NCBI GenBank assembly: GCA_951406725.2
Contig: OX597814.1
Coordinates: forward strand, 203,546,001-203,610,000
Direction: 5' to 3'
DNA: 64,000 nucleotides
From: Octopus vulgaris
Lineage: Eukaryota
Positions 40,453-53,848 of the stretch are shown piece after piece. The notes under the pieces were generated by a model. That model was given only the letters and a program-made list of their open reading frames with translations, was not told the DNA's origin and ran no database searches. A program made the position numbers and the translations under genes. The first letter of the stretch is position 1. Each line of letters opens with the position of its first letter.

Positions 40453-40980
40453 ATTGGGTCGTCTGGAAAGTTTGTGCCAATTTTTAAAGGAAAGAAAAAG
40501 GTCAATAAATACTTGCCATTACACTTTTAATCAACCAAATATGAACCATTTTGTTGCACAATGTGTCTCCATCTTTCCTTTAATTTGAAAATACCCTCTT
40601 CCCAGAATTGAGGTGGTTTCATGGCAAAGAATTCATCAAAGTATCTTTTTATGTCATCCAAGGAATTGAAATTTTAACCATTAAGACTATTCTGCAGAGA
40701 CCTGAATAAGTGGAAATCCAAAGGAACAATATCTGGTGAATAATTCCGTTTATAAAGCATTTCCATTCTGTTTATAAAACAAATCACAGATGGAAATGCG
40801 ATCCAAAAAGTTCTTCTCACTCAACTCATGTAGTACCCAAACATCGTAGCGATTTGTGTACCCAAGCTTTACCAGGTGCTCATGAACAACGGATTTTGAT
40901 AGGTTGAGGCTTTCTGCTAATTCTCAGGTTGTGCAATGTGGGTTATTCTCAATTAATGACTTGATTTGGTCATCATCTGT
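40453..40980 (-). pseudogene. mariner relic (deleted)
   Basis: TA-TTGGGTCG terminus. Minus strand encodes SPDIVPLDFHLFRSLQN. Confidence 0.75.
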
Positions 40981-41127
40981 TATTCGTATTAGGAAAAGCA
41001 TGCACCCATAGAAACCATAGTTATACAGACACTGGAGAAGGATGTCATTGGATCCTTGTCGAACCATCCAACCCATACCAAAGTGTGTTTGAATATGGAT
41101 GAAGAAGTGTTTCTTCTCTCTCTCTTA

Positions 41128-41176
<49 letters not shown>

Positions 41177-41179
<3 letters not shown>

Positions 41180-42338
41180 GTTAGAAACTAAGTTCCTGCC
41201 ATTTTTAAAAATTTAAATTTTTTAAAAGGTTTAATAAAAAATAACAACTAATTAATCAATAATGTATTCACCCTTGTTGCTTACAACTTCTTCCCAACGT
41301 TCAACAAGATTTTCAATACCTCGTTGGTAGAAATCACCCGATTTTGACTTGAAAAATTGATCCAACCAAGCTCTCAATTCTGCATCAGTACTGAATGAAA
41401 CTCCACGCATGGAGTTTCAAAAGAGGTGGAAATCAATTGGTGCCAAATCAGGAGAGTATGCCAGGTGTGGCAGCACTTCCCAGCCATGCGTTTGAATGAA
41501 TTCCTTGTTCATATTGGCGATATGAGGGCAGGTGTTGTCATGCAGCAGAGAAACTCCATGCTGATGTTTACATCTTTTCTCTTGAATAGCCATGTTGAGT
41601 TGTTCTATCTGTTGAATATAGAGTTCTACGTTGACCGTTTGGTTCTGTTCAAGTAGTTCATAATGGGTAATCCTTTTCCAGTTCCATCATATGCACAACA
41701 TCATTTTACGTGGATGAAGATCTTGTTTCATGTGTGGTGTCGCTTGTTTACTGTGGCTAAGCCATTCTTTACATGGCTCCATATTGATGTACAGGCACCA
41801 TTTTTCATTGCCAGTAACAATTCAGTAAAGAAATTGTTGCTTGTCTCCATGAGTTGAGCGGTGATGAGCAAACAAACCAGCAGAGATTGTGGCTTGTTGA
41901 TTTTTGTTGTTATCACTCAAAGCATGCGGAACCCATGCTCTATACTTCTGAACCTTTCCCATCCAGTGAAGATGCTTCTCTGTAGCAGTGTGGAAGTTCC
42001 CTTGTCATTTGACAAGAATTTTTGTGCAAAAGTTGGTTTAATCACTCTTCATTGAACTCAACTGGACGGCCAGAACGAGGTGCATCTTTGAGGTCAAAAT
42101 TTCCATTTTTGAACTTGGCATACCAGTCATGAGTGGTTCTTTCAGCTATGGTACCCTCTCCATACACAGCACAAATGTCGTGAGCAGCTTTTGCGGCCTT
42201 AGAACCTTGATTCTTGCAATTTCAAATTTTAAGTGATTGTAGATTTTTTTTATTTTTCATCCTCTTTATTTACAATCCTGAAATCAAATGGGCATGTTGG
42301 ATCAATTAGTTAGCAACTTCGCTTACTTTCGAACCATT
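41177..42338 (-). pseudogene. Near full-length decayed mariner element
   Basis: ELLLAMKNGACTSIW region (frameshifted IVTGNEKWCLY), PHLAYSPDLAPIDFHL and HEWYAKFKNGNFDLKDAPRSGRP on the minus strand. Confidence 0.85.
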
Positions 42339-42369
<31 letters not shown>

Positions 42370-42419
42370 CTGTTGCTGTTGTTGTTGTTGTTGTTTATAT
42401 ACACACAACAGATTAGACT

Positions 42420-42720
42420 GTTGGAAAAGAAAAATTCCTAACAGCAGGCTACACCAAGTAACCTTAGATACCAAGAACCCTCCTAAATATCCTAGCTGTC
42501 CCTAATAACACTGTTTTCTGGAGCTGAACTAAACTGGGTTTTATGCCTATTTCCTCTGTCCATCTGTTCAAATCTTTAGGGATTGTTCCTAATGCACATG
42601 TAGCTACTGGAATACATTTTACCTCCACTTCCCATAGTCTCTGTAATTCAATGGCTAGGTCTTGGTACTTTGCTATTTTTTCTATACCTCTTATATCAAT
42701 TTTTTCATCATTTAGGACTG
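42420..42720 (-). mobile_element. R4/Dong-like LINE 3' end
   Basis: EKIAKYQDLAIELQRLWEVEVKCIPVATCALG...LQKTVLLGTARIFRRVLGI. Flanked by trinucleotide repeats. Confidence 0.8.
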
Positions 42721-43028
42721 TAAAGTCATTATTATTATTAAGAGAGCAGTGCATGCCATCAAAGTGATACTAGTGTAAAATATACAAAGCCCAATATACC
42801 CATCATGATTACCCATCTGATAAGGGTACACCAGGTACATGCATCACAACCATATGTGCATGACATGGTGATCTATAACAAGATAAACAGTGTATGACCT
42901 TGCAGGTGGAGCCCAGTTAGAATTTTCTTCTGGTCAAGTAGCCCATCCTGTTCAAAAGGTCCCTGAATAAGGGTTGTTTAAGGATCATCATCACCCTCAC
43001 CACCACCACCACCACCACCACCACCACC

Positions 43029-43059
<31 letters not shown>

Positions 43060-43071
43060 CCATCATCGTCT

Positions 43072-43330
43072 TCATGGCTTAGTGATTAGGGTGTTGCGCT
43101 CACGATCTGGTGATTGTGATTCTAATTCTTAGACCGGGTGGTGCATTGTGTTCTTGAGCAAAACACTTCATCTCACATTGCTCTGTGATCACTTTGACAC
43201 CTGACGCATGGTACACAATGCACCTGTTCAGACAATGTCGATTTAATAGAGAGTAACTAATGTGCAGCACAAACATTTGATCAATATAATCAAATCATTT
43301 GTGCAGGGTGTTTGGCAAATGCTAAATGCT
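43072..43330 (+). mobile_element. tRNA-derived SINE (third family)
   Basis: TGGCTTAGTGATTAGGG A-box-like head, then TGTGTTCTTGAGCAAAACACTT core. Confidence 0.6.
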
Positions 43331-43490
43331 CATATGTTGTCTTTGATGGGAGAGTCCATCTTCATCATCATCATCAGCATCACCACCATCACTACCACCA
43401 CCACCATCACTACCACCACCACCATCACCACCACCACCACCACCCTCATCATCATCATCATCATCCTCATCATCATCCTCATCATCATCC

Positions 43491-43524
<34 letters not shown>

Positions 43525-44011
43525 CCTCCTCATCATCATCATCATTATTATGTCAGGCAAAATGCTTAGTGGCATTTCGTTCATTTTTATGTTCCAAATT
43601 CAAATGCCGCTGAGGTCAACTTTGCCTTTCACCCTTTTGGGGTCAATAAATTAAGTACCAGTCAAGTACTGGAGTTGATGTTATCAACTATACCCCCTCC
43701 CTACAAACTCCAGGCCTTGTGCCTATTGTAGAAAGGAGTATTATTATTATTATTTGTCCCCTTCATCTTTCACCCTTGTGGCAAATAAATGAAATCATTA
43801 TTATCATTACTATCATCATCATCGTCATCAGTAGTAGTAGTAGTAGTAGAAATGCATTTCTTCTGGTTCATTATGTTCCAAGTTCAAATTCTGTCAACTT
43901 TGCCTTTTATCTCTCTGGTTCGATAATATAAAGTATCAGTACTGGAGTTGAAGGAATCAATTTATATCCTCTCTCTAAGTTGTCTGGCCTTGTGCCAAAA
44001 TTTGAAGCTGC

Positions 44012-44070
<59 letters not shown>

Positions 44071-44589
44071 TATTATTATTATTATTAAGCTTTTATTTTT
44101 TTTCTTATTTTTTAAGACGTCATCAGAAGACAATGGGTAGTCCCTTTGACCTTTTCCTTTTTACAGATACACAGCATTCAAGACGTCAGCCAACATATCC
44201 TTCTCCTTTTTAAGACAGTTGGGTACAATTTGGGAGAGAGATCTGGTTGTTATTTCTAGCAACCAAGTGACCATATACAGGCTCCTTCACATGCTTGTCA
44301 AAGATATAGTAGGTATGAATAGTGAAAGATGTATACTGCTTTATTAAAATATCTAAAAATACTACCTAAATTGATCACAAGGTCTGTAAAATAAAGGAAG
44401 TGCTATTTCTCACACATTTCATTGTACTAATAAGAAGATATGGATTTGATTCAATTAGTTCTCCTGTCTTCTCCCATAAACTTGGCTTTCTGCCTAGTCA
44501 AAAAATCATCATCACCGTCGTCATCATCATCATTATCTTCATTTTTATTACTCTCCTTGTTGTTGTTGTTATCATTATTATTATCCTTA

Positions 44590-44687
<98 letters not shown>

Positions 44688-45593
44688 GTGCTGGGCAAAA
44701 TGCTTAGCAGTATTTCGTCTGTTTTTATATTCTGAGTTCAAATTCTGCCGAGCTCAACTTTGCCTTTCATCCTTAAGTACCAGTGAAACACTGAGGATGA
44801 TGTAATCGACTAGTTCCCCCCCCCCCGCAGAATTGTTAACATGCCAGGCAAAATGTTTAACGGTATTTCATCTGTCTTAACGTTCTGAGCTCAGTTTCCA
44901 CTAAGGTCAACTCTGCCTTTCGTCCTTTTGAGGTTGATAAAATAAGTTTGGCCTTGTGCCAAAATTTGAAACCATTATTATTATTGTCGTTGTTGTTGTT
45001 ATTATTATTGGAAGGCTGCGAGCTGGCAGAATTGTTAGCATGCCGGACAAAATATTTAGTAACATTTCATCCACCTTGCTCTCAGTACAAATGATGATGA
45101 TAATGATGAAGAGGAGGCGGGGGATGACTACAATGCGAACAAAGAAAAAGAGAGGGAGAAGAGGAGGGGAGAAAAGGAGACGAGGAGAAGGGGAGGAGGG
45201 GGAGAAGAGGGAGGAAAGGGAAGACGAATCAATTTTTGACACATTTGAAAAAGAAAAAGAGAAAGTTAAGAGCCAGTTATTTCAGCAGTTGATAGGAAAT
45301 TTGTTCTTATCAGCAAATCTTTTAGTTTAAGTTGATAGTGTTAAAGAGAGGAAGTTTCAAACTTTGAAGTAGGTGGCAAAAAAAATGAAAAGTCTCAGCT
45401 TATAGTTAGTTGTTAAATTGGCACTTAGTGCTGAAAACAATGCTATATGAAACCAGTCTAGTAATAAACGGAGATACCATGTCAAATCTCTTAAGCGCTA
45501 GTTATTATATATATCAATATAAGTGTATATATATGTGTGTATATGTATGTGCATGTGCATGTGTGTATGTATGTATGTATGTATGTATGTATG

Positions 45594-45645
<52 letters not shown>

Positions 45646-45702
45646 CACGTATATATATATATATATGTATGTATGCATGTATATATATATATGTATGTAT
45701 GC

Positions 45703-45746
<44 letters not shown>

Positions 45747-45753
45747 GTATATA

Positions 45754-45816
<63 letters not shown>

Positions 45817-45821
45817 CACAT

Positions 45822-45892
<71 letters not shown>

Positions 45893-45949
45893 TACATAGA
45901 CATACATACATACTTATATACATACATACATACATTCATACATACATAC

Positions 45950-46440
45950 ACCTTGTGTGCACTTAGCACACTTTCAACTTGGTAGCCAGCCCAATGCCTC
46001 TCACTTAGCAACCCAAATGCTGAATTTCCCTCTGTCATGCATATGTTGACTTTGTCATCAATGTTTACATATCTGGAGACTGTGCTGCTGAGGTAAATTA
46101 ACTTAACAAACCTTCAGGGGGTCCCCTTTGACTGTGATAGCTGGTTCCACACACTGCTTCTGTAGAGCTGGTTGGTGCTTGACCTCTGTCTTGTGGGTAC
46201 TGATGAGGCCAAAATTGTTGCACACAGTGGAAAAGTGGTTTATGCTCTGCTGCATCTGAGCCTGTGGTAGCATTGAGTGGTCAGTTGTCTGTAGCAGAAA
46301 GTCACACACTGAGTCCTCTTTCACCTTGGTATTAGCCTGTAGTCTCCACAGGTTGAAGAATCTGCAACCAGTCCTGAGTCTGATCATGATACTGGTTTCA
46401 ACAATGTTGCAGAAGGCATCTGACAGCATGGCTGAGAATA
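45950..46440 (-). pseudogene. RTE/BovB-like RT relic
   Basis: FSAMLSDAF...FFNLWRLQANTKV...QMQQSINHFSTVCNNFGLISTHKTEV. Confidence 0.8.
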
Positions 46441-46446
46441 TCATAC

Positions 46447-46477
<31 letters not shown>

Positions 46478-46495
46478 GTGTGGTGTGGTGTGGTG

Positions 46496-46526
<31 letters not shown>

Positions 46527-46813
46527 ATGGAGATGCCCAGAGATGTAGTTGTGTGTATATGTGTGTGTGTGTGGGTGGATGATTGTATATGTATGTGGGT
46601 ATGTGTGAGTGTATTTGCGAAATAATAAATTTTAGCATATGCAACCTAACACGTGAAACAAAGTGGACAGCCAGTGCCACTCATGTCGGGTATGTAGAGG
46701 CACATTGACAGCAAGCAGAATGGCACTGTCAGTGTCTACTAGATGCAAACGAGCCAGTTGGATGAGTTAGCATCGAAGTCAAAGGTTTATTAATGGGGTC
46801 AGCAATTGTATAT

Positions 46814-46915
46814 CACCTGAGGAGATACAACTGGATCTCATTATACAGGTAAACTGTTGCTTAATTTAAATCCTGTATATATGTGGATCAATGTTGTATC
46901 AAAACATGTGTAGTG
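46814..46915 (+). ncRNA. Type I hammerhead ribozyme, G12A-mutated, long stem II
   Basis: CAC-CTGAGGA-GATACAAC...GTTGTATC-AAAA-CATGTG-TA-GTG. Perfect 8-bp base of stem II. Confidence 0.7.
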
Positions 46916-47799
46916 TTTATTAAATAGCTGTCTAACCATACGCCTTCTTGTTGACTCTATTTTTTCAATTTTCAATTATATATAGATAATATATAAAGTG
47001 TGTAAAAAGATTCGAGTGAAGTCGTTGCCAGTACTGCCTGACTGGCCCCTGTGCCAGTGGCATGTAAAAAGCACCCACTACACTCTCGGAGAGGTTGGCG
47101 TTAGGAAGGGCATCCAGCTGTAGAAACTCTGCCAAATCAAGATTGGAGCCTGGTGCAGCCATCTGGTTTGCCAGCCCTCAGTCAAAATTGTCCAACCCAT
47201 GCCAGCATGGAAAGTGGACGTTAAACGATGATGATGATGATGATGATGAAAGTAAACAGAAAATAGAGAAATATTGATCAACAACAATTGACTAACATCA
47301 ATTATTGCTTTTTAATTCAATACAAATAGACTGTATCCCATCTAACAGCTGTTTCTGCTTGCAATGTTATAAGGTATTGCCACTGAAAATTCTGAAAATA
47401 ATATTCATCATATTTGGTAATACATCTGATCTGGAACATCAGAGTGAAGAAAAAATACATACATAAAAGAAAAGAAGAAGAGCCTCGAGAAGAAGATGAA
47501 AGGCTTAATATATATATATATATATAGGTGCATATACATGATGATTACTTCATCTTGAGAGATGATTGCCGTCCCATCAACACACACACCACACTCCATC
47601 ACACAGCACAATCACTCCGTTGATGAGCCCTTAGATGACTTTTAAGACCAGCTGCTGACTGACAGATTTTAAAATACAAGTGACAGATATTCAAGTTTCT
47701 TCTATATCTTTGCTCTTTGGAATCTGATTCTGAAGGAATGTTTTTGTGAACTAGCATATGCCTTTCAATTCCAGATATTGTCTTTCAAGTTTTGTGACA

Positions 47800-48500
47800 T
47801 ATGACACAAGTTGTAAGAGGCGGTTGGTGTCCAAAATCATTACCTATCTGTGCATTACGATTTCTATGTGACTTCATATGATTCACGTATCCTGCTTTTG
47901 ACAACAGAACACGGTCACATATAATACATATCCAATGTTCACTGTTTATTACAGTTCCAATTGTTCCTTTGCGACAGGCCCTTTTAAGTCCAGAGTGCTA
48001 AATCATCTTTTCCTCCCAGGCATAGCAACCAGTCCAAACAGCACCTCTCCACTTGTTCCACTCTAGAACATCATTTTCCTAACCACTTTTGTTCATATCT
48101 AGTTTTTTCAGGTTTTCATTCACACAGTCTTTATACCTTTCCCTCAACTTATGTTGTGGTCACTTACCAGAGTTGAGCTCACCATAAAAAAGACACTGGT
48201 AAACACTCGTCTTTCATTCTAATAACAGGTCCAGTCCATCTCATTTGAGTCAAGATAACATGTTGTTCAATTGAGCTGCAACGTACCATGCACAAAACCT
48301 CTGTATCTGGTATGAAACATTCCCACTTGACTGCTATGATATGTCTGAAGCACTTTTGATGAAACCTCTCCAGCATTTTTATATAATACTTGTAAGTGGT
48401 TCATGTCTCACTTGAATAAAGAAGTACAGACAATACCCACGCATTATAGACACTGATTTTTGTCTGCTGGGAAATACCTCTATCTGCCCAAATCTCTGCA
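47800..48500 (-). pseudogene. RTE/BovB-like ORF2 C-terminal relic
   Basis: LERFHQKCFRHIIAVKW...QMRWTGPVIRMKDECLP. Confidence 0.8.
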
Positions 48501-48697
48501 TCGAGACTACTATCTCCTTTTAAGGAGAACACTGCTCACCTGGATATACTGGGAAGGTTCTAGATAAGATGCACTAAAAATTGTCTATCCTTTCTCTGCT
48601 GGTTAGTTTTCTGCAGCTAACAGTGGTTCAATTTAGCAGGAATTAACAAAGAATTGATATAAACAATGATAACCCGAGCTCAGAACACACGTACACA

Positions 48698-49500
48698 CAT
48701 CATCATCATCATCGTTTAACGTCCGCTTTCCATGCTAGCATGGGTTGGACGGTTCAACTGGGGTCTGGGGAGCCCGAAGGCTGCACCAGGCCAGTCAGAT
48801 CTGGCAGTGTTTCTACAGCTGGATGCCCTTCCTAACGCCAACCACTCCGAGAGTGTAGTGGGTGATTTTATGTGCCACCGACACAGGTGCCAGACGAGGC
48901 TGGCGAACGGCCACGCTCGGATGGTGTTTTTATGTGCCACCGACACAGGTGCCAGACGAGGCTAGCAGACGGCCACGCTCGGACGGTGTTTGTTACGTGC
49001 CCACAGCACGGAGGCCAGTCGATGCGGTACTGGCTACGGTCCCGTTCGGATTGTTTTCTTATGTGCCACCGGCACTGGTACCACAAGGATACAAATTCCA
49101 TTGATGTTCATCTATTTTGATTTGGTTTGACTTGATTCGATTTGACTTTGATTTGACTTGCCTCAACAGGTCTTCACAAGTGTCACAAGCAGGAAGGTAT
49201 GCACAGGCGGACTGACTACGTCCCAGGTAGGGGCCACGGGTTATGGCTTCACTAGTCTTGCCGGGTCTTCTCACGCACAGCATACTTCCATAGGTCTCGG
49301 TCTCTGGTCATTTCCATGGTGAGACCTAATGTTCGAAGGTCGTGCTTCACCACCTCGTCCAAGGTTTTCCTGGGTCTACCTCTTCCACGGGTTCCCTCAA
49401 CTGCTAGGGATTGGCACTTTCTCACACACCTATCTTCATCCATTCTCGCCACATGACCATACCATCGCAATCGTCTCTCTTGCACGCAACAACTGATGCT
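48698..49500 (-). mobile_element. Young 5'-truncated RTE LINE
   Basis: C-terminal ORF nearly identical to the end of the 751-aa ORF. Related 3' UTR and (CAT)n tail. Confidence 0.9.
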
Positions 49501-51933
49501 GTACATATTTAAAAAAAATATATATATATATATATTTAAAATTTGAAATTTTTACAATTTAAAAATGTTTTTTTTTTATAAAAATAAATACATAGATAAA
49601 TAAATTCACAATCAAAAATATAAAATAAAATAGATACAAATATATATAAATACATAAAAAAGATATTAAAAAAGATAAAAAAACTAAAAAGATATATAAA
49701 TATATTTACAAATACACTCACACACACACACACCCATGTTCACATAATGTTGGATGGCCGTTGACTACACATGAGTTCTTCCACCCTTTGGTGCATATAC
49801 ATACATATACAGGGTGTTCAGACTAAGGGCTAAATTTGACAGTTTGTGTCAAAGGAAAAGAAAACACAATATCCTAACCAAAAATTAAATTATTTTTAAA
49901 GAATGAAAATGTATCAACTAGATTATGGCTTGGAGATAACAATTTACTCAAAGGAGCTGTCCTCCACTTCCACCACACCCTCAAGATGGCTCCAGAGCCT
50001 GGTGCATGCAATCCTCACTTTTTTTCTGGAAAGATCTTAGAACAACTTCTTGATCTTGGCCACTAGCTCAGCCTTTAAGATGCAGGCAGAGCAGTTGTGT
50101 CTTTCTCAACTGTACCCTACATGTAGTAAGCCACGCAATTACAAATGGGGGAATTAGGAGGTCAATAATTGGGACTGGTGAAGTTGTAGAAATTCTCTGA
50201 CAACCACTTCTGACACTTCCTGGAGGTATGGCAAGAAGATGAATCCTGCTGCCACACGCATGACCTCTCCAGCCAGGGAGTGACCAAGTCTCCAGCAGCT
50301 TCAGATAAGGTCCTGTTTATCAGTTGTTGGATGAATTTCAGCATGTGAACATGATCAGAACTCCTGCTGTGTCCCTTCAATTGTGGCTTTTATTCCTGGA
50401 CCAGGTGAGTCCTTATGTAAAATACTTCATTTCATGTTATTCCACTCTACTCAGCTGAGAATGGGTACCAGCTGAGAGCTGATACAGCTCTCCCACACTC
50501 CATCTGTCACATCCTGAATGTGATATTTGGTCAAAGAGTGGGCAAGTCAAAATTATTTCTATGTGCTTATAACACCTAAAATATGTGAAAACATGGTACA
50601 TGTAATCAAACCATACTCATTCATGAGTAATGACTGGCTCTTTGTATGACTCAACAACCTCAGTTAGTTTGAATTTTCTACAAGGTATTTTCTTTGCTGC
50701 TCTGTTATGAGAAGCATCAACACTATTTGATAAAAACTAAATAGAATAGAATATAATTTTAAGGCAAACAGCTGGTAGCATGCTTTGTTTTTTCAAAATC
50801 TATGTAGAAGAAATTCTTCAAAATGTCTCCAAAATAATTTACCATATAGTTATAATCTTAATCTGGTTATGTTAGATTCAGGTATTGTCCAGTCTACAGT
50901 ATTTATTAATAGCTGATGTAGTTTTTTTCCTCCTACACAAGAGTAATGTATTAATCATACAGAAGTTCTACTCCAAGCAACAAGCCTTGTCACCAGAGTC
51001 CTCTTTAGCTTTTATGATGTGAAGCTTCTAAGAAATTTAGGTGTGTTGCTGAGAGAATTAATTGGCCCATCACCACTTCAATGACTCAACAGAACAGCTG
51101 AGAAAATTATTGATATGTTCTTTATAATTTTTATTTTCATTTGTATTTATCCTATGAGGACATAGAATGTCTACATTTGGTGTGAAGCTTTCATGAAAAC
51201 AATATTTTATTATTATCTACAAAAGTGGTGCAAGTTTATTATACAAGACTTTATTTATTTAGCAATATGCCATGATTTCCAGCTAAAATTTCCTTTTTGC
51301 TTTTTAGCATTAACTATATTTGATGTTTGTGGCTAATACATTAAGATAACAATGTCACTTATCTATAACTAAAGCAGTCAACCTCTTAATAGAGAAGGCC
51401 CTTCTTTTACTGATATTAGGCGTGGGCATGGCTGTGTGGTTAGGGAGCTTGCTTTTTAGCTACATGGTTTCGGGTTCAGTCCCACTGCGTGGCACTTTGG
51501 GTAGGTGTCTTCCACTATAGCCCCGAGCCGACCGGAGCTTTGTGATTGAATTCGGCAGGCGGAAGTTACTGCCGTGTGTGTATATGTGCATGTAGGTGCT
51601 TGTGCTCTCTCCGAAAGAGAGAGAGAGGGATATATATAATGAAAGCAAAGATTTCACTGATATTTTAAATTTAATTTAAGTTCTGCTATTGTTACTACAA
51701 TTAAAATACAAGCATCATTACTCATATGCACATGTAATTGATATTTGAAAATACATAATTAACTCCTTTTGAATGAGATGAATAAACTGTTTCATCAGGA
51801 AATATAACTTGTTTTTAAATTCCATGGATATATATATATATATGTATGTGTGTGTTTGTGTGTGAGTGTGTGTGTGTGTGTGTGTTTAAGCCTTATATGT
51901 GTGTGTGTATATGTATATGTATATGTATAAGTA

Positions 51934-51988
<55 letters not shown>

Positions 51989-52916
51989 ACCTATGGTGCT
52001 TAAACACATACCTGTACATACACATATCTATCTATGACAGGCTTTTTTCAGTTTCCTTCTACCAAATCAACTCATAAGGTTTTGGCTGGCCCAAGGCAGT
52101 AGTGTAATGCAGTTGCCCATGGTACTATATGTTAGGACTGAACCCTAAACCTTGTAGTTCAGAAAACCAGCGCACTTCAATCAAAATCATCTGCAAGAAC
52201 AAAGCCTTTTGCACTAAACCACAGCTGTTCCTTTCAAATTCTTACCTTTAGAAAGCAGTGAAGCTGTGATTGGCCCATTGTAAATCTATAACCAATAATA
52301 CTCTTGATCTACAGATCACAAATTCCTACATAAATTGAAAAGAACAAAGCATGTCACTACTGAAGAAGACGGCAGTAACATGATAACTCACAAACGAGGA
52401 GTTATGCATTTACAAACAACATGACTCTATTTGTTTAATCTTTGAAAATCCTCCCCTGTTGTCAAACAGCCTCCTTCATGGCATCTTGGAAACATATGTA
52501 CATGTTGCACCAATGTTTTCATTTCCACTGAGAGTTTTAAAATAATGTAATATCTATCTCCATAGTCTATCTGCTTCTGAAACTTGGATGTGTTTCAAGA
52601 TTTTGTTTTTTAAAAAGAGAAAAGAAATTATTTCTTATTCTCTTTTATATTTTTGATTTGATTTTTATGTTATGAAATTTTATGATTTCTGACTAAAATA
52701 GAACCACATGCACAGCAATTGCTGCAACAATTATCATATGCAAAACTGCATGGGTGAATACATGTATATATGTGTATGTATATGTATCTATGTATCATCA
52801 TCATCATCATCATTTAACATCCATCTTCCATACTGGCATGAACTGGATGGTTCAACAGGGTCCAATGAGTTAGAGGACTGTATGATGTGAATATATATAT
52901 ATATAAATATATATAT

Positions 52917-53347
52917 GCCTGGGGCTAAAAGCATCAGTAACACCCCACCCCCAGTGGCTAGCCACATTCAGATGGCTAGTACACCTTACGTTGTCGAGCG
53001 GTTACTGTTTATATCTCGTTCAGAGATTTATTATTGCTTTCAGACAGTTTTTCTAAATCAGTGACAGTGGTTGCTGTGAAAAACGTTAAATATTATTTGC
53101 AAGGGGTCTCCTTCATCGAAAACCGGTGCTTACCATGCGTTGACGAGAGGCAATTACCTTGAAACTATAGTCCGTATGTAGTACTTAGGTTTTCGAGGGA
53201 GGATGACCTCCCTTTGCAAATAACACAAGGGCACTGAGATTGTGTCTAAAGTCCATCTGGTGACGTTGATCGCCTGGGGCTAAAAGCATCAGTAACACCC
53301 CACCCCCAGTGGCTAGCCACATTCAGATGGCTAGTACACCTTACGTT
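52917..53347 (+). mobile_element. Young retrozyme-like 1.2-mer: 355-nt unit with identical 76-nt direct terminal repeats and a central HHR
   Basis: Repeats at 52917-52992 and 53272-53347. (TA)n on both sides. Confidence 0.85.
53134..53178 (+). ncRNA. Type I hammerhead ribozyme, U3 variant, palindromic stem III
   Basis: CATGCG-TTGACGA-GAGG-CAATTA-CCTT-GAAA-CTATAG-TC-CGTATG. Predicted GUC cleavage after 53172. Confidence 0.75.
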
Positions 53348-53773
53348 ATATATATATATATATAAAAGTGAAAATGTCTATTAGAAGAGGATCAGAAAAA
53401 CTTTAAACCAAATTCCCATTTTTTTACTATTTTTGTTTCACACTTGTTTCAGTATGACTTGTTGACCACCACTAAAATTAATGAACTTTGCACATTCAAA
53501 CAAATTGATATACAGTTTTAATTTTATTGACTGCTATGAACACCTTCTGTTTTGAACATGTCAATTTATCAACATTGAAACATTTTAATTTGTCAACATT
53601 GAAACATTTTAGTTTGTAAACATTGAAACTTTTAAAGGTGTTTTTCTAATTTGAAACTTTTACCATTGATAAACAAAAAAATACTGTTGAAATTAGTTTG
53701 GTATATATGTAAATAAATGTATGTAACATTTACGAGTTTTTGAAATTTAGGTGCATTTTCAACAACACATTTT

Positions 53774-53848
<75 letters not shown>

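Noticed and set aside
45950-48500. Two BovB-like fragments as parts of one element
   Set aside because: Their order on the minus strand is reversed (C-terminus upstream of RT), so they are separate insertions.
49505-49720. Extremely A/T-rich irregular tract
   Set aside because: Low complexity; probably a decayed or poorly resolved microsatellite.
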